From assembly GCF_964213995.1 (NCBI RefSeq), contig NW_027590144.1, positions 930,001 to 994,000 of the forward strand: 64,000 bases of DNA, written 5' to 3'. Made by a program: the position numbers and the translations under genes. The DNA is from Mustelus asterias (lineage: Eukaryota). Every line of letters begins with the position of its first letter. Positions within the stretch are counted from its first letter, which is position 1. Below are positions 11,901-24,196 of the stretch, in pieces. The notes beneath the pieces were generated by a model. The model was not told the DNA's origin and did no database searches. It saw nothing but the letters and a program-made list of their open reading frames with translations.

Positions 11901-12177
11901 GCTGTGACTCTGGAGTCACATGTAGGCCAAATGATGCAAGGGTGGGAGGTAAAGACGGCAGATTTCTTTCTCTGAAGGGCATTAGGGAACCAGATGGGTT
12001 TTTCTGACATTGGGCAGTAGTTTCGTGGTCACCAATAGACTCGTAATTCCAGATTTTGTTTTTATTGAATTCTAATTCCACCATCTGATTGGCGGGATTC
12101 AAACCCAGGTCTCCAGAACATGATTTGGGTTTCTGGATTAATGGTCAAGTGATAATAACTCTAGGCCATCGCCTCCC
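8916..12177 (-). mobile_element. Degenerate single-ORF APE-RT LINE (CR1/L2 group) with tRNA-derived 5' head
   Basis: Broken APE (VLWVGDF about 11345-11365) and RT (KAMGPDNIP, QGS..GP..F..FIN, FAD, QNLDNIHAW..KWQVTF); 5' end GGGAGGCGATGGCCTAG...GGGTTTGAATCCC (A/B boxes); no ORF1. Confidence 0.85.
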
Positions 12178-12358
12178 AAGCATTACTGATATTAGAAGGT
12201 AGACTCACAGTAAAATTAGATGTTCATTCACCTGCGCCTTTCAAAACAAAATGGCAGCAATATAATTTTTTTCACAACAAAAAAGACACAATCTTTTGCC
12301 ATGACGCAAATATATTGCTGGAAGGGTTTTGACAACTTTATTGAATACTTGATCCTAT

Positions 12359-13239
12359 TCAATTAAGGGGACAAGCCAACAGATTTCTCAACTGCTCCCT
12401 GAATTTCCCCTGGGTCACTGCATAAATGAATGTGTTTGTGCAGCAACTCAACAACTGAAGCATATTTGCACTTTCGCGAAGGATGAATTTGGCGTCACTG
12501 TATCCATTGATTTTAACATCCTTTGTAAATCGGTCATAAAAGAACTGTACAACATACGCCAACCACAAGAGGATGAAGCTACCTGAAATTGCAAACAGTA
12601 AAACAATGGACTTTCTTCTGTTCTCCATCTCTTTATCGCTCTTGTTCTCTCTATTGCTTTGGACTGTGAGTCTCCTGCGGGCTCTATTGGCCACAAGGAT
12701 GTGTCTGACGGTCAACACATTGAACAGAAGAATCATAACGAAAGAGAGGCATGGTGTTAAAATACGGTCAGTCCAATCAAACGCTGTCCACAAAGTCGAA
12801 GTATAACGAATGTCCTTTTGTCGGCAATACCAGGGGACATTGTCAAATATATAAATGGGTTCGTGTATAAAGTACCAAGGAATACTTTTCAGGAAACTTA
12901 AAAAACAAACCATTCCTATAACCACAGCTGCCATTTTTTCAGTGCAATATTTTGTTTTCAGCTTCTTGTAACAAATGGCCACAAATCGATCGAAGGTAAA
13001 AGCGACCGTTAACCAGACAGAACTGTCTCTTGCTGCATGAATTAAGGTGATGCTAAGACTGCAAACCGGAGTGATGGACAGAAAACTGCTGGGGAAATAA
13101 ATGCCAGGAATCCGGTTTATTATCACTGCGGTGACAATAACGAGCAGGTCAGTCACTGCCATGAAGACCAGATACCGAGTGATACACCTGGAGAGACCGC
13201 ACCTTCCTCGGTTCAGGATCACAATAGCCACCAAATTAA
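12359..13239 (-). CDS. GPR139-like class A GPCR, exon 2 (TM1 end to TM7)
   Basis: Acceptor ttcttgattacag ends at 13240; NLVAIVIL, MAVTDL, FTFDRFVAIC (DRY variant), IPWYF, CCTNTFIY (NPxxY variant). The ORF-track N-terminus MASVWSVFC... is intronic. Confidence 0.9.
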
Positions 13240-15084
13240 CTGTAATCAAGAAAAAGAGAGAGAGAGAGACTTTACAAAATACACTCCAAACAGAAGCCAT
13301 GTGCTTGTCTGGATTAGAGGTATCTCATAGTCGTGATGCTTGAAATGATTAAACAGAGACCATTGCAGGAAAACAAAGATATTTCAATGAATTAACATAA
13401 GTTCATTAAATATGCTTACGCATCAATATGTCAACACAGGCGATTATAGACTGGTGAAGAAAATATGTTAAAAAAACCATTTCATTGATATTTAAGATAT
13501 CTAGTTAACAGAACAGAATCAACAGAATGGCAACTGGAATTAAATTCAGAAGCACATTATAACAATTATAATAACGAATGGAACAAGCATGAGGGATACT
13601 GCAAAGGTACGATTCCAGAAACTAATATGAAGAGACCAGAGCCGTTTACATTGTGATGGCAATAGACCTTCCTTTTGGATGTGTCTTCATAGGCTTTATG
13701 GAGAAGATTGAAATACAAACCTCAGTGAGAATTACTAGACCTTCTTCAATACAATCCTTAGCTTCCAACCGAAATGCCGAAACGGAACATGACTTAGTAG
13801 CTTCTCATGTAAGAACTAAAGATCCTGCAACATAGCAATCTCTCAAAGCTTCCCAATATCGACCAAAAATATATATTCATGTCTTCAAGTAGGATTTTAA
13901 TTAATTAAGATGGATCTAAAAGAACGATGAACCGAAGTTACATATGACCGCTGGAAATAAATGCAGGATTTTTAACATGGGAACTTTCCGAGATTATATC
14001 CATAATCACGAGCTCAGAGGGACGGAAACTTCGACAAATCTTTCAGGTTTGTGCTTCCAAACAGAAGGTTGAGTGGACCGGCTGAAGTACTGACCATGAA
14101 CTGTCCTTGCGATAAAAGTAAGAAAATAGTCTCATGTTTGTTTCATCAATTTGAGAGAGGTTGATTGAAACAATTAGAGCGGGAAAATTCAAGGACGGCG
14201 CAAGCATCACAAAGACTATCCAAAGTGAATTTATTTCCAGCTGAAAATCCGAACAGTTGATAACTTTCAAAGAGAACAGAGATCAAAGCGGACTAAAGAA
14301 AGCAGAACATCGGGATGAATATTCCAGTAAATATGTGAATGCTGACACCTTCGGAGCTCAGATGGAGCAAAACACTATTAACTGCAATGTACCTGCAAAA
14401 CGTTCAACCCATAAAAGCAAAGGATAGTTTCATGTCTTACTTCATCAATGATAATTCGTTCATTCATTATGTATTTAGCTAAAACTTTGGTGATGAAATG
14501 TTTGGTTAATAAATATATGAAGGCGTATTTAGGAACCAAGACTCTAACTTAGTTGCATACTAAACCTAGCATATATGGTTCGGTACAAACAATGCCAATT
14601 TCATGTCATTTTGACAGCAACATGTATTATTTGTTTGTTCCTTTATTTCCATGCAATCTCTACAATGATGCCAATAGTTAATGCCGCTTTTCCTTTCTTC
14701 TGGCCTGTGCGGCTCTCAGTTAGACAGCTGGTCGCGTTCTGCAACAGGGATCACTCACAATATTTCGGACAGATTCACTTTAACGTTGGGCTGTATTTTA
14801 AATGACCAGTGGTGTTTCTATATGTCACAATGCCTATCTGCTGGAGGTCATGGCATTGCATTTCACAGACGCTGAACATTCTAAACACACAGTTTCATGA
14901 AACGGGAATTCAAAACCACAAGTCAGATAAACTATTCTCTTACCAATATACTCATGCACATTCTGCCTCAATTTGCCTCCCCGCTTCCATGTATGTTATT
15001 TCATTGGTTCACAAAACGCTTGGGCTGGAATGGTGGAGCGGGCTTGAGGGGCCAAATGTCAGAATAATTATATTATTTCCTATT

Positions 15085-15422
15085 TTCCCATGGCAAAGTG
15101 GTTGGGTTGCTGTTTCATAGCGCCAGGGACCCGGTTCAATTCCGGTCTTGGATGACTGTCTGTGTGGAGTTTGCACATTCCCCCTGTGTATGCATGTGTT
15201 TTCGCTGGGTGCTCCGGTTTGCTCACACAGTCGAAAAATGCGCAGGATTGGTCTACTGGCCATGGTAAATTGTACCTCAATGTACAAAGAAGTGTTGGTT
15301 TGCGGGATTATTGCAGTAAATGCGCGGAGTGAGGGAAAAGGGCCTGAGTGGGATGGTCCGTTGGAGAGCAGGTGCAGATTTCATTGGCCATAGAGACTCC
15401 TTCTGCACTGTATGGATTCCAT
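15085..15422 (+). mobile_element. HE1/V-SINE-like tRNA-derived SINE in the GPCR intron
   Basis: A/B boxes, core tgtctgtgtggagtttgcacattc, CR1-derived tail ctccttctgcactgtatggattcc. Confidence 0.85.
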
Positions 15423-15945
15423 GAAAAAGCTCTAACAACATGTATCCTATAATTTTCAATTGACCTCAATTCTGAATATATGTTGTGTGTTGAAGAGAAC
15501 TAGATAAAACCAATCCTCTTCCTGTCGAAACCTTTCCTGAAATGACGTCGGGATGGCTCAGCTCTAAATTGCAGGTGATGGCACCAAATTCCATTAATGT
15601 GTAATCTCTACGAACACATTGTTTATTAATTGCATCACTTCCTTCTCGCAAGTCTTAGGATTGCAAACTTGCCTTTTTGCTAGAATATCACTCTGGAGGG
15701 ATGCGATAGGGAAAGCCCGTTAGCGCCAAATCCAACCATAGATACAGATGAGCTCAAATGTGCCCAATCAGCAATTACTGGCATAATCGACTGAAAAAAA
15801 TACGATTCCAAGTCCTCCACCACCTGCAGCCAAAAACAAATGTGAGTTGCAGGACTTTTGCTGATTTCAGATTCAGAGGGGATTTAGTAACGTGGAAAAT
15901 GATATAATTCAATCGGAAAATGATCACCTTGCTGCAATATTTTAC

Positions 15946-16015
15946 CTGGAACAGCAACTGCTGCAAGAGCAGTGTAGTAAATGGCGTAAACCAGACCTCT
16001 TGGTGGCGCGTGCAT
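15946..16015 (-). CDS. GPR139-like GPCR, exon 1 (MHAPPRGLVYAIYYTALAAVAVP)
   Basis: 70-nt exon ending CCAG|GTAAAA; phase 1 joins exon 2 in frame (G+TT=Val, then NLVAIVIL), giving 316 aa. Confidence 0.85.
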
Positions 16016-19000
16016 TTTCAATGATAAGCAGCACTCAGTGATCCAGATCTCACAGACGCTCTGTTCGACATTGAAATCATCCACTATTATACCTGTTATC
16101 CAATCTCAGGAGTGTTAATTAGGCAAATCCACCTGTTGCATAAATTACAGTCACTGATCAAACATGTTTCACAACGTCAACACTTAGATTAGTTACAGTC
16201 GCTGAATAAACGTGTAAATGCTTTCGTTGCTTTATCTGTTTTGATACATTTGAATACCTAGATATCATGCCGCATGAAGGCAGAGTTGTGTGCTTTAATG
16301 AACAGATCCTGTCTTTGTGACTTAAGTGCTAATTAATCACACTGACATTGCAAATTACTCATCGATAACATGTCGCCAAAGTTAGAAGAACTGAATCAAA
16401 AACTCATTCAGCATCAGCCTGACATAGTCACATACACAGAATTTTAACATCAGTCAAAATCAGAACTCCTGCAGTACCATTCTTGGATAGACACTGTTTC
16501 ACGATTAGGAAAGAAAAACAACTTGATATTTTGGTAGATTTGGATACAGAAAGGAGCGTGTGATCCGGAGATTGTCGTTATTAAGGATGTTTTTTTCCTG
16601 ATTGTTAAGGTGCAGGGTGATATTGTAGTTTCTTTTCAGCAAACTGTTTCAATTGTCGCCATAAATAAAACATGACTTTGTTTATAAACCGTATCCAGAT
16701 GGTCCCAAGCTGTCTGAAAGTATTGTGGATTTCTTCCCTGACGGGACAAAGGACATACTTTTTTCTTAACTCACGAATGATTGTGATTTCGCAGTGGATG
16801 TGATATGCTTTTTTTCGATGCTTTTTCGGAAGATGCCTTCTGCAGATCAATTGCTAAGACTTAATCGTACGAGAAACGCTGCTTAACATGTCATAGTCTG
16901 ATGGGAATTTAAATATGATCGCATACATGGCCACGGGACTGATATTGGAATAGGGAATTAGAATAGATAGGTACTTGATGGCCGGCACAGGCAAGATGGG
17001 CAGAATTTCGTTTCCCTTGCTGTAAATCTCGATGAAATCTCTATGATTAATATGACACATTCTCATTTGTTTGCCATCTGTGCCACACAATACCAGGCAT
17101 TGACATTGACCAAAAAGTGAAATGCTGAAGACCGCCCTCCTGGAGTGAATGGAATTACCATCACTGCATCCCCCATTATCATGGAGAAACCATTGACCAG
17201 GTATTCAACTGGACCAGCCAAATAATTGCCCTGGTATTGACCTCTTTCATTCAATAATGAAGAAGGTAAACCCGGGAATGGTCTAGTTTCAACACCTTTC
17301 GAATCAGAATTTTTGTCAAACTCCCTCTCTCCCTCTGTGTCATTTGTTTACACCAATGGATGCACCAAAGAAATGTATTCACCAAAAGGTGCTTTGACAC
17401 ATCATGTGTTCATAAAATGGCCTTTTATGTTTCTCTTAATTTCTTGTTTTGGCAGCAGCGAAAACAATTGATAATGTGAGAGTAAATTTAGTTTATAATT
17501 ATTGTAATTATCATTCGAGAATTAAGGAACAAGCTATATTAATATGTTATAAGACTTACTCGTTCTAAAAAATCTTGTGCAAAATGAAGGACAGAGAAAC
17601 GAGACATTGATTCTAATGGGAGACAAACGCTGAGGCAGATGTTTGTATTGATGGAAAATCAGAAGTTCAGGAGCCAGTTCATGAGGGAGTCAGTGAAGAT
17701 GAAGGAAACATCAAATAAATTACACGAGAAGAGATTGATTCGTAAATACAGTCATTTATTGTGGAGTGATGGCAGACATGAGGTGAGAGGAAGATAACTA
17801 CTGAATTGGTGTGAACAAGAAGAAAATAGTTAAGTAAATATTTTTTTATAATACCTGTAAGTCATAGCCCAATGATATCATCGTAAACGCTTTGTCTCAG
17901 AAAGTAGTCAATGACCATTAATTCTGAATGAAATATATAGTTTGTATTAGAGAGAATAGCAGCTCCTGTGTGTATTATGGAGATTGGCACCCTCTGTGTA
18001 TATTATAGAGAATAGCAGTCCCTGTGTGTCAAACTAGGCATGGGCAAACATAAAGAGAACTGTGAACAGATCATGCCAGTATTACATAACTGACAGCTCC
18101 CTCGCTCCTGCTGCTGACCTTCTGGATTCCGGCCTCAATCCAGAGATTTGACACGTGATTTGAATGAATGCCCCAGTTGTCATTATTAAGGCAAGTTCAC
18201 CATTTATGTCTTCTTTGTTTCTATATTTTATCAGATGACGAAGCAGGGCGGGGGAAAAGAAAGGCAGAAAATTAGGCAGTTTCCTTAGCCAGCGAGGCAG
18301 ACGTTCCTCCAACATCATTCCAAGTTTGACATGGATGATCAGTGCTAAAATCAAATCTCTCTTCCCTTTTGATTTATAAAGCAAGTGCCGGTGACAGGGA
18401 CTGGGCAGACTCGAGGATGATTCAGTAACAGTGGCAGAGGCTGCCTTGAACTTAATAATAATGTAGCTACTTCTATTGATTGTTCCCTTGCATTGAAAAA
18501 GGCGAGGAAGCGGATTGGGTGAGATAAATTGTCGATTGCAATTGTCAGGCACATTACAATGGAACAATGATATTTTGGCCATAGTGCAGATTTATGCTCA
18601 ACACTGAGTGAGACAGGGCATTGTGTGCAGAAATAGTAATCGATACATCATGACAGCGGCCCGTGTTACTGCCGGTACCTGATGAAAGTCTTCATTGACA
18701 ACGGGGGGAGACAGTGAGGACATGGGAACTGCAGAGTGTTCTGACCCCTGAGGAGAGAATGACATGTTAGTCAGAGGAACAGATCGGAATTGGTTCCTTT
18801 AGAGCTTTTTCTGCAGTTTGGGAGATCTAGCACACATGCCAATTCCGACACTTCCGGAACAAAATCGCGTTTGTAACTAATGTCTGGTGCTCAGTATGGC
18901 TGGAGAGATAAAATATAGAATTCTCCTCAGGGCAAACTTCAGTTCCACGAAAATAAACGGCAATAGTGACTTTCTAATCAGAGATCAATCCAGTGACGTT

Positions 19001-19060
19001 AGCTGCAAAGCAAGAATTTCAAAGTAAAAGTGAACTCCTGTCTGATACCGTACAATTATC

Positions 19061-19099
19061 AACACATGTTCAGGTTCAGCCGGGCTCTGTGTTTCTGTG
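19061..19099 (-). other. Degenerate 23-RSS of V1
   Basis: CACAGAA + 23 bp + ACATGTGTT. Confidence 0.7.
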
Positions 19100-19405
19100 G
19101 GTTTCAGTGCGCAGTAATACACCGCAGAGTCGGTCAGATCTGTTTTAGACACTTTCAGTGGGACAGTGCGGTTTGTATCATTGAACTCCACTGAACAACG
19201 GTCCCCTGGGGATCTCTCTGTATTCCCAGTGTATTTACTTATCTTCTGAAGATATTCAAGAAATCCATTGGGATACAGACGGTACCAGAAAAGGTAATAA
19301 TAGTCAATGATTGTAGTTGTATAATTACAGAATAACTGAACATCATCTCCTTCACTCACGTGACTGCAGCTGGGGTCTGTGAAACTGAGTCTCCTCCACC
19401 ATGTC
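19100..19405 (-). pseudogene. TCR alpha/delta-type V pseudogene (V1)
   Basis: Acceptor cttacag; DSVSQTP, then a 1-bp frameshift, then EGDDVQLFCNY...LFWYRLYP...DSAVYYCALKP; possible damaged leader at about 19474-19530. Confidence 0.88.
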
Positions 19406-20324
19406 CTGTAAGAACCAAGAGTCATGTTAAATTCAACAATGTCAGTTCACTTTGTTTATAGACCAGAATACACCCGTCACCCTGGCCAATAATTTGAGAA
19501 ATAGTCCATGGGATCTAAACAGAAACACATTTCCCGCAACTCAGATTCTGAACGGGAACGCGATTGGCTCGATTGAATAAAACACTCTTTAATGAACATT
19601 CGGCACCTTCTATGGAGATCAGTTCCTTACCTTACTTGTAATTTGATGGGGAAACTGTCGGCGTATTTAAAGGCCTGGTGTTTGCCAAAGTCCCTCACTG
19701 GTTCCGGCGGGACCGATGATCTCACCATAACTCTTCCACTCTCATTCACCTAAGGAACTTTGCTACTCCCTTGCTCAGACGAAGTCGATCCGGATGATTT
19801 TGGCTTTCGGAATCAACATACATTTTACCAATCGAACTGTCGGATTGGATGTGGTGAATGGAAAGTACGCGAAACACACCGTCTGTAACTTGCGAACCTA
19901 CCGGTTGATTGAGCTGCCGCTGTGAGGAATAAGCACAAAGTCACAGGAGACATGTTTGCCGAGAGGTCGAGGCGGAAGTGAGCAGAGTGGATTGAAGCTG
20001 AAATTTGAATTGGCCGGAGTTGCGAAGAAGTTGCGTTACATTCGGGCCCCTGTTGATTGGTTCATTGCCATCCGCATCATCATTTTACATCCAATCAGCT
20101 TAAAACTGATGTTGTGTTCAATTCAATCAGTCAGCACACAGCTCCTTTGATCTCCTCTGCCTTCCGTCAGCGCGGGGAGAACGGAACAAACTGAAGTTGT
20201 TCACCTCTCAGCAGGGAACTGGACAAAATTGGCCCTTTGACCCCGAAGGCGGAGAAAGAACAGGAAAGTGCCCTGATGTTTTCCAGGATAAGAGCCAAAG
20301 CCGAAATTAAAAGAACAGCTCAGA

Positions 20325-20665
20325 TAAAAGCAAATTACTGCGGATGCTGGAATCTGAAGCAAAAGCAAAAGCAGCTGGAAAATCTCAGTAAGTCTGATAG
20401 TAATTGTGGGGAGAGAACAGAGCCAAAGTCTTGAGTCTGGAAGACTCTTCGTCGGAGGTCAAGACGATTGAAAATTAGCTGAGCTTCATACTGTTGTGGG
20501 AGCGGGGTTGGGGGAGCTCTGGGGGCTGGATATAGAGCCAGCGGCAGGTGGAGACAAGGGGGAGATTGACAAACATATCGTGGACAAAAGGAATATGGGA
20601 ATGTAGTGATTGTGGCTATGAATGGTGCTGATAGCGGCACCTTAACAGATTAGAATGTGTTAATG
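20325..20665 (-). mobile_element. Probable Penelope-family 3' terminal fragment (second family)
   Basis: gcggatgctggaatctgaa...gctggaaaatctcag...gagagaacagag; related pieces at about 49465-49512, 51880-51930 and 58795-58843. Family assignment from recall. Confidence 0.5.
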
Positions 20666-20861
20666 GCCGAGGCTGAGTGATACAATATCCATGACACGGA
20701 TCTGGAAAAGAAATGCAGCAGCGAGTCAGTTGCACCAGGTGCATTCAAAGAGAAAAAATAAAGAGAGAGTTTATGATCGACAGTTTATGGGCTCAGTCTA
20801 GGTTCCAGAACTCGAACAGTGTTTTAAATCTGTACATTGTATTACCTGTCGCCGCCACCAG

Positions 20862-23059
20862 AGTAAGAAGTCTCACAACGCCAGGTTAAAGTCCATCAGG
20901 TTTATTTGGTAGCACAAGTTTTCGGAGTGTCGCTCCTTCTTCAGATGAATGAAGAGGTGTGTTCACAAACAGGGCGTACATAGATTCAGACTCAATGTAC
21001 AAGATGATGATTGGAATGCGAGTCTTTACAGGTAATCAAGTCTTAAAGGTACAGACAATGCGAGTGTAGAGAGGGTTAAGCACAGGTTAAAGAGGTGTCT
21101 TGTCTCCAGCCAGGATAGGTAATGAGATTTTGCAAGCCCAGGAAAGTCGTGGGAGTTACAGGTAGTGTGACATGAGCCCAATATCCCGGTTGAGGCCGCC
21201 ATCATGTGCGCGGAACTTGGTATCAGTTTTTGCTCGGCCATTCTGCGTTGTAATCTGTCGTAAAGGCCGCCTTGGAGAACGCTTACCCAAAGATCAGAGG
21301 CCGAATGTCCGTGACTGCTGAAGTGTTCCTTGACAGGAAGAGAACCGTCCTGCCTGGTGATTGTCGAACAGTGTTCATTCACCCGTTGTCGTTTGCGTCT
21401 GCATGGTCTCGCCAATGTATCATGCATCGGGACATCCTTTCCTGCAGCCTATCAGGTCGACAATTTTGCTGAGCCGCAAGAGAATGCACCGTGTACCTGG
21501 TGGATAGTGTCCTCACGTGAGATGATGGCATCCGTGTCGATGATCCGGCACGTCTTGCATAGGTTGCTGTGGCAGAGTTGTGTGGTGTTGTGGCCACTGT
21601 TCTCCTGAAGGCTGAGTAGTTTGCTGCGGACAGTGGTCAGTTTCAGGTTGTGCGGTTGTTTGAAGGCAGGAAGTGGGGGTGTGGCGATGGCCTTGGCGAG
21701 ATGTTCGTCTTCATCGATGACATGTTGAAGGCTCCGGAGAAGATGTCGTAGCTTCTCCGCTCCGGGGAAGTACTGGACGACGAAGGGTGCTCTGTCAAAC
21801 GTGTCCCATGTTTGTCTTCTGAGGAGGTTGTTGCTGTTTTTCGGTGTGGCGCGTCGGAACTTTCGATCGATGAGTCGAGCACCATATCCTGTTCTTATGA
21901 GAGCTTTCAGCGTCTGTAGGTGTCTGTTCCGATTCCCCTCATCTGAGCAGATCCTGTGTATACGGAAGGCTTGTCCGTAGGGGATGGCTTCTGTAACGAG
22001 TTTAGGGTGGAAGCTGGAGAAGTGGAGCATCGTGATGTTATCCGAGGGCTTGCGGTACAGGCAAGTGCTGAGGTGACCGTCCTTAATGGAGATGCGTGTG
22101 CCCAAGAATGCAACCGATTCCGGAGAGTCGTCCATGGTGAGTCTGATGGTGGGGTGGAACTTGTTGATGTCATCATATAGTTGTTTCGGTGGCTGTTCGC
22201 CATGAGTCCAAAGGAAGAAAATGTCATCGATGTATCTAGTGTATAGCATCGGTTGAAGGTCCTGTGCGGTGAAGAAGTCTTGTTCGAACCCGTGCATGAA
22301 GATGTTGGCATATTGAGGTGCGAATTTGGTCCCCATGGCTGTTTCGTGTGTCTGGATGAAGAACTGGTTGTTGAAGGTGAAGACGTTGCGGTCCAGTATG
22401 AAGCGGATGAGATGTAGATCTGGAGATTGGCAGTTGACGGCGTTAAGTACAGCGTCACCTTGCTACATTGCGAGAACGTGCAGAGGCTCCGAAAATGGAT
22501 GAATGAAAACCGCTCGACAATCATCTGGCAGGAGTGTTCACTTCCTGTCGGGGAACACTTCAGCAGTCACGGTCATTCAGCCTCTGATCTTCGGGTAAGC
22601 GTTCTCCAGGGCGGCCTTCACGACACAACAACGCAGAACCGCCGAGCAAAAACTGATAGCCAATTTCCGCACATATGAAGACGGCCTCAACCGGGATCCT
22701 GGGTTTATGTTACATTTTCTGTGAACCCCCACGACTTGCCTGGTTTTGCAAAATCTCACTAACTGTCCTGGCTGCAGACAACACACACTTCTTTAACCTG
22801 TGCTTAACCCTCTCTCCGCTCACATTGTTTGTACCTTTAAGACTTGATTACCTGCAAAGACTCGCATTCCAACCATTACCTTGTAAGTTGAGTCTGTATC
22901 TATGTATGCCCTGTTTCTGAACACAACTCCTCGCTCACCGAGGAAGGAGAGACATTGCAAAAGCTTGTGCTATCAAATAAACCTGTTGGACATTAACCCA
23001 GTGTTGTGAGACTTCTTACCGTGCTTACCCCAGTCCAACGCTGGCAGCTCCACGTTATG
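20862..23059 (-). mobile_element. Penelope-like element (RT + GIY-YIG) with inverted 3' copy and 11-bp TSD
   Basis: RT MGTKFAPQYANIFM...RYIDD (21452-22336); GIY-YIG C-terminal part (RQRVNEH...PVKEHF); 22455-23020 is an inverted copy of the 3' end; gccgccaccag at 20851-20861 and 23060-23070. Confidence 0.92.
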
Positions 23060-23229
23060 GCCGCCACCAGTGGGCAGAGGGAGACGATGTGAAATTCGGT
23101 ACATTTATTGAAAAAAATCTGATTGAAGTCACAAATGCTGAAACAGAACATATTTTAACACGAATGTCAAACTTATATTTTAAAAGTGTATTATTAAGTG
23201 TTTTCAATGTTGCTATTTCTGTTGGTATG

Positions 23230-23428
23230 TTAGGCTGTCGGTTTGCTCAGTTTGCTGGACGACCTGTGAAGAATGCAGAGCGACGGTACAGTAATTCCTG
23301 TACCGGCCTTTATTGTTCATGATGGCACTACTTTCTCAGCCCTTACACCCTGCCGGAGATGTGGTGATCCTCAAGTTCAATCACCGCCAGTCTATTGTCA
23401 GCTGGGACAATGGTGACTTTACCTTACT
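23230..23428 (+). mobile_element. Short degenerate tRNA-like SINE (second copy at about 26215-26420)
   Basis: Both copies share gctcagtt..., aattcc.taccggc/agc, ttcatga, ctcaagtt.aatcacc.ccag and the end gactttacctt. Confidence 0.6.
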
Positions 23429-23537
23429 TCACATTTATTCGAAAAATAGACCAGTTCAAACTATAAAAATGATACTATAGGACTAATTTCAGGACCCTCA
23501 CCTTGTCACACCGAGGGGTGTCTCAGTGTGGAATTAT

Positions 23538-23815
23538 TGAATCCTACAGTGCAGAAGGAGGCCACGCGACCAATCGAGTCTGCACCAACCACAACCCCAC
23601 CCAGGCCCTATTCCCATAACCCCTGCATTTACCCGAGCTAGTCCCAATTTAGCATGTGCAATCCACCTAACTCGCGAATCTTTGGACTGTGGGAGACAAA
23701 GGAGAATCCGGAGAAACCCACGGGGAGAATGTGCAAACTCCACGCGACACAAGTCAGGAATCGATCAGGTGTCCCTGGCGCTGTGAGGCTGCAGTGCTAA
23801 CCACTGTGTCACCGT
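23538..23815 (-). mobile_element. HE1/V-SINE-like SINE
   Basis: Reverse complement of the SINE head and core with CR1-like tail. Confidence 0.85.
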
Positions 23816-24196
23816 TCCACCCTTAAGAAAGCTTTAGCAAGAATTAGAGAACAAAATGCGCGAAATCGTGTGCTTGCTGTAAACTCTCCCGAAAGCAAAG
23901 AACTATAATAGGAAGGAAAGAATAGCTGCTCTGGTTCAAGTGAACAATTGTGTCCTGGAATTACCAGTATACACCACCAGACGGCGGTATAAGACAATAT
24001 GTAATGTGAAAGGCTCAGGTGTGTGCTCAGAGGCTGTGTGGGTAGTTGAAGGGATACTCAGTTTCTTTTCTTAATTCAACATTAACATATTACCGAATTG
24101 AACCCGAAGCGTGTATTTGGCACCCGGTTAATTTTTCTGATCATAATTTTCATCCCCTGGATCTATGCAGATCTCGGTATTGCGTGTCAACTGAGA

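Noticed and set aside
13240-13300. Single-exon GPCR start MASVWSVFCK from the ORF track
   Set aside because: Runs through a (CT)n polypyrimidine tract and acceptor; a better first exon lies at 15946-16015.
17560-17607. Orphan leader-like exon MSRFSVLHFAQDFLER|GTAAGT on minus
   Set aside because: Phase 0, weakly hydrophobic, and no V exon found downstream.
18082-18582. 166-aa ORF in unique sequence
   Set aside because: No recognisable domain or splice structure.
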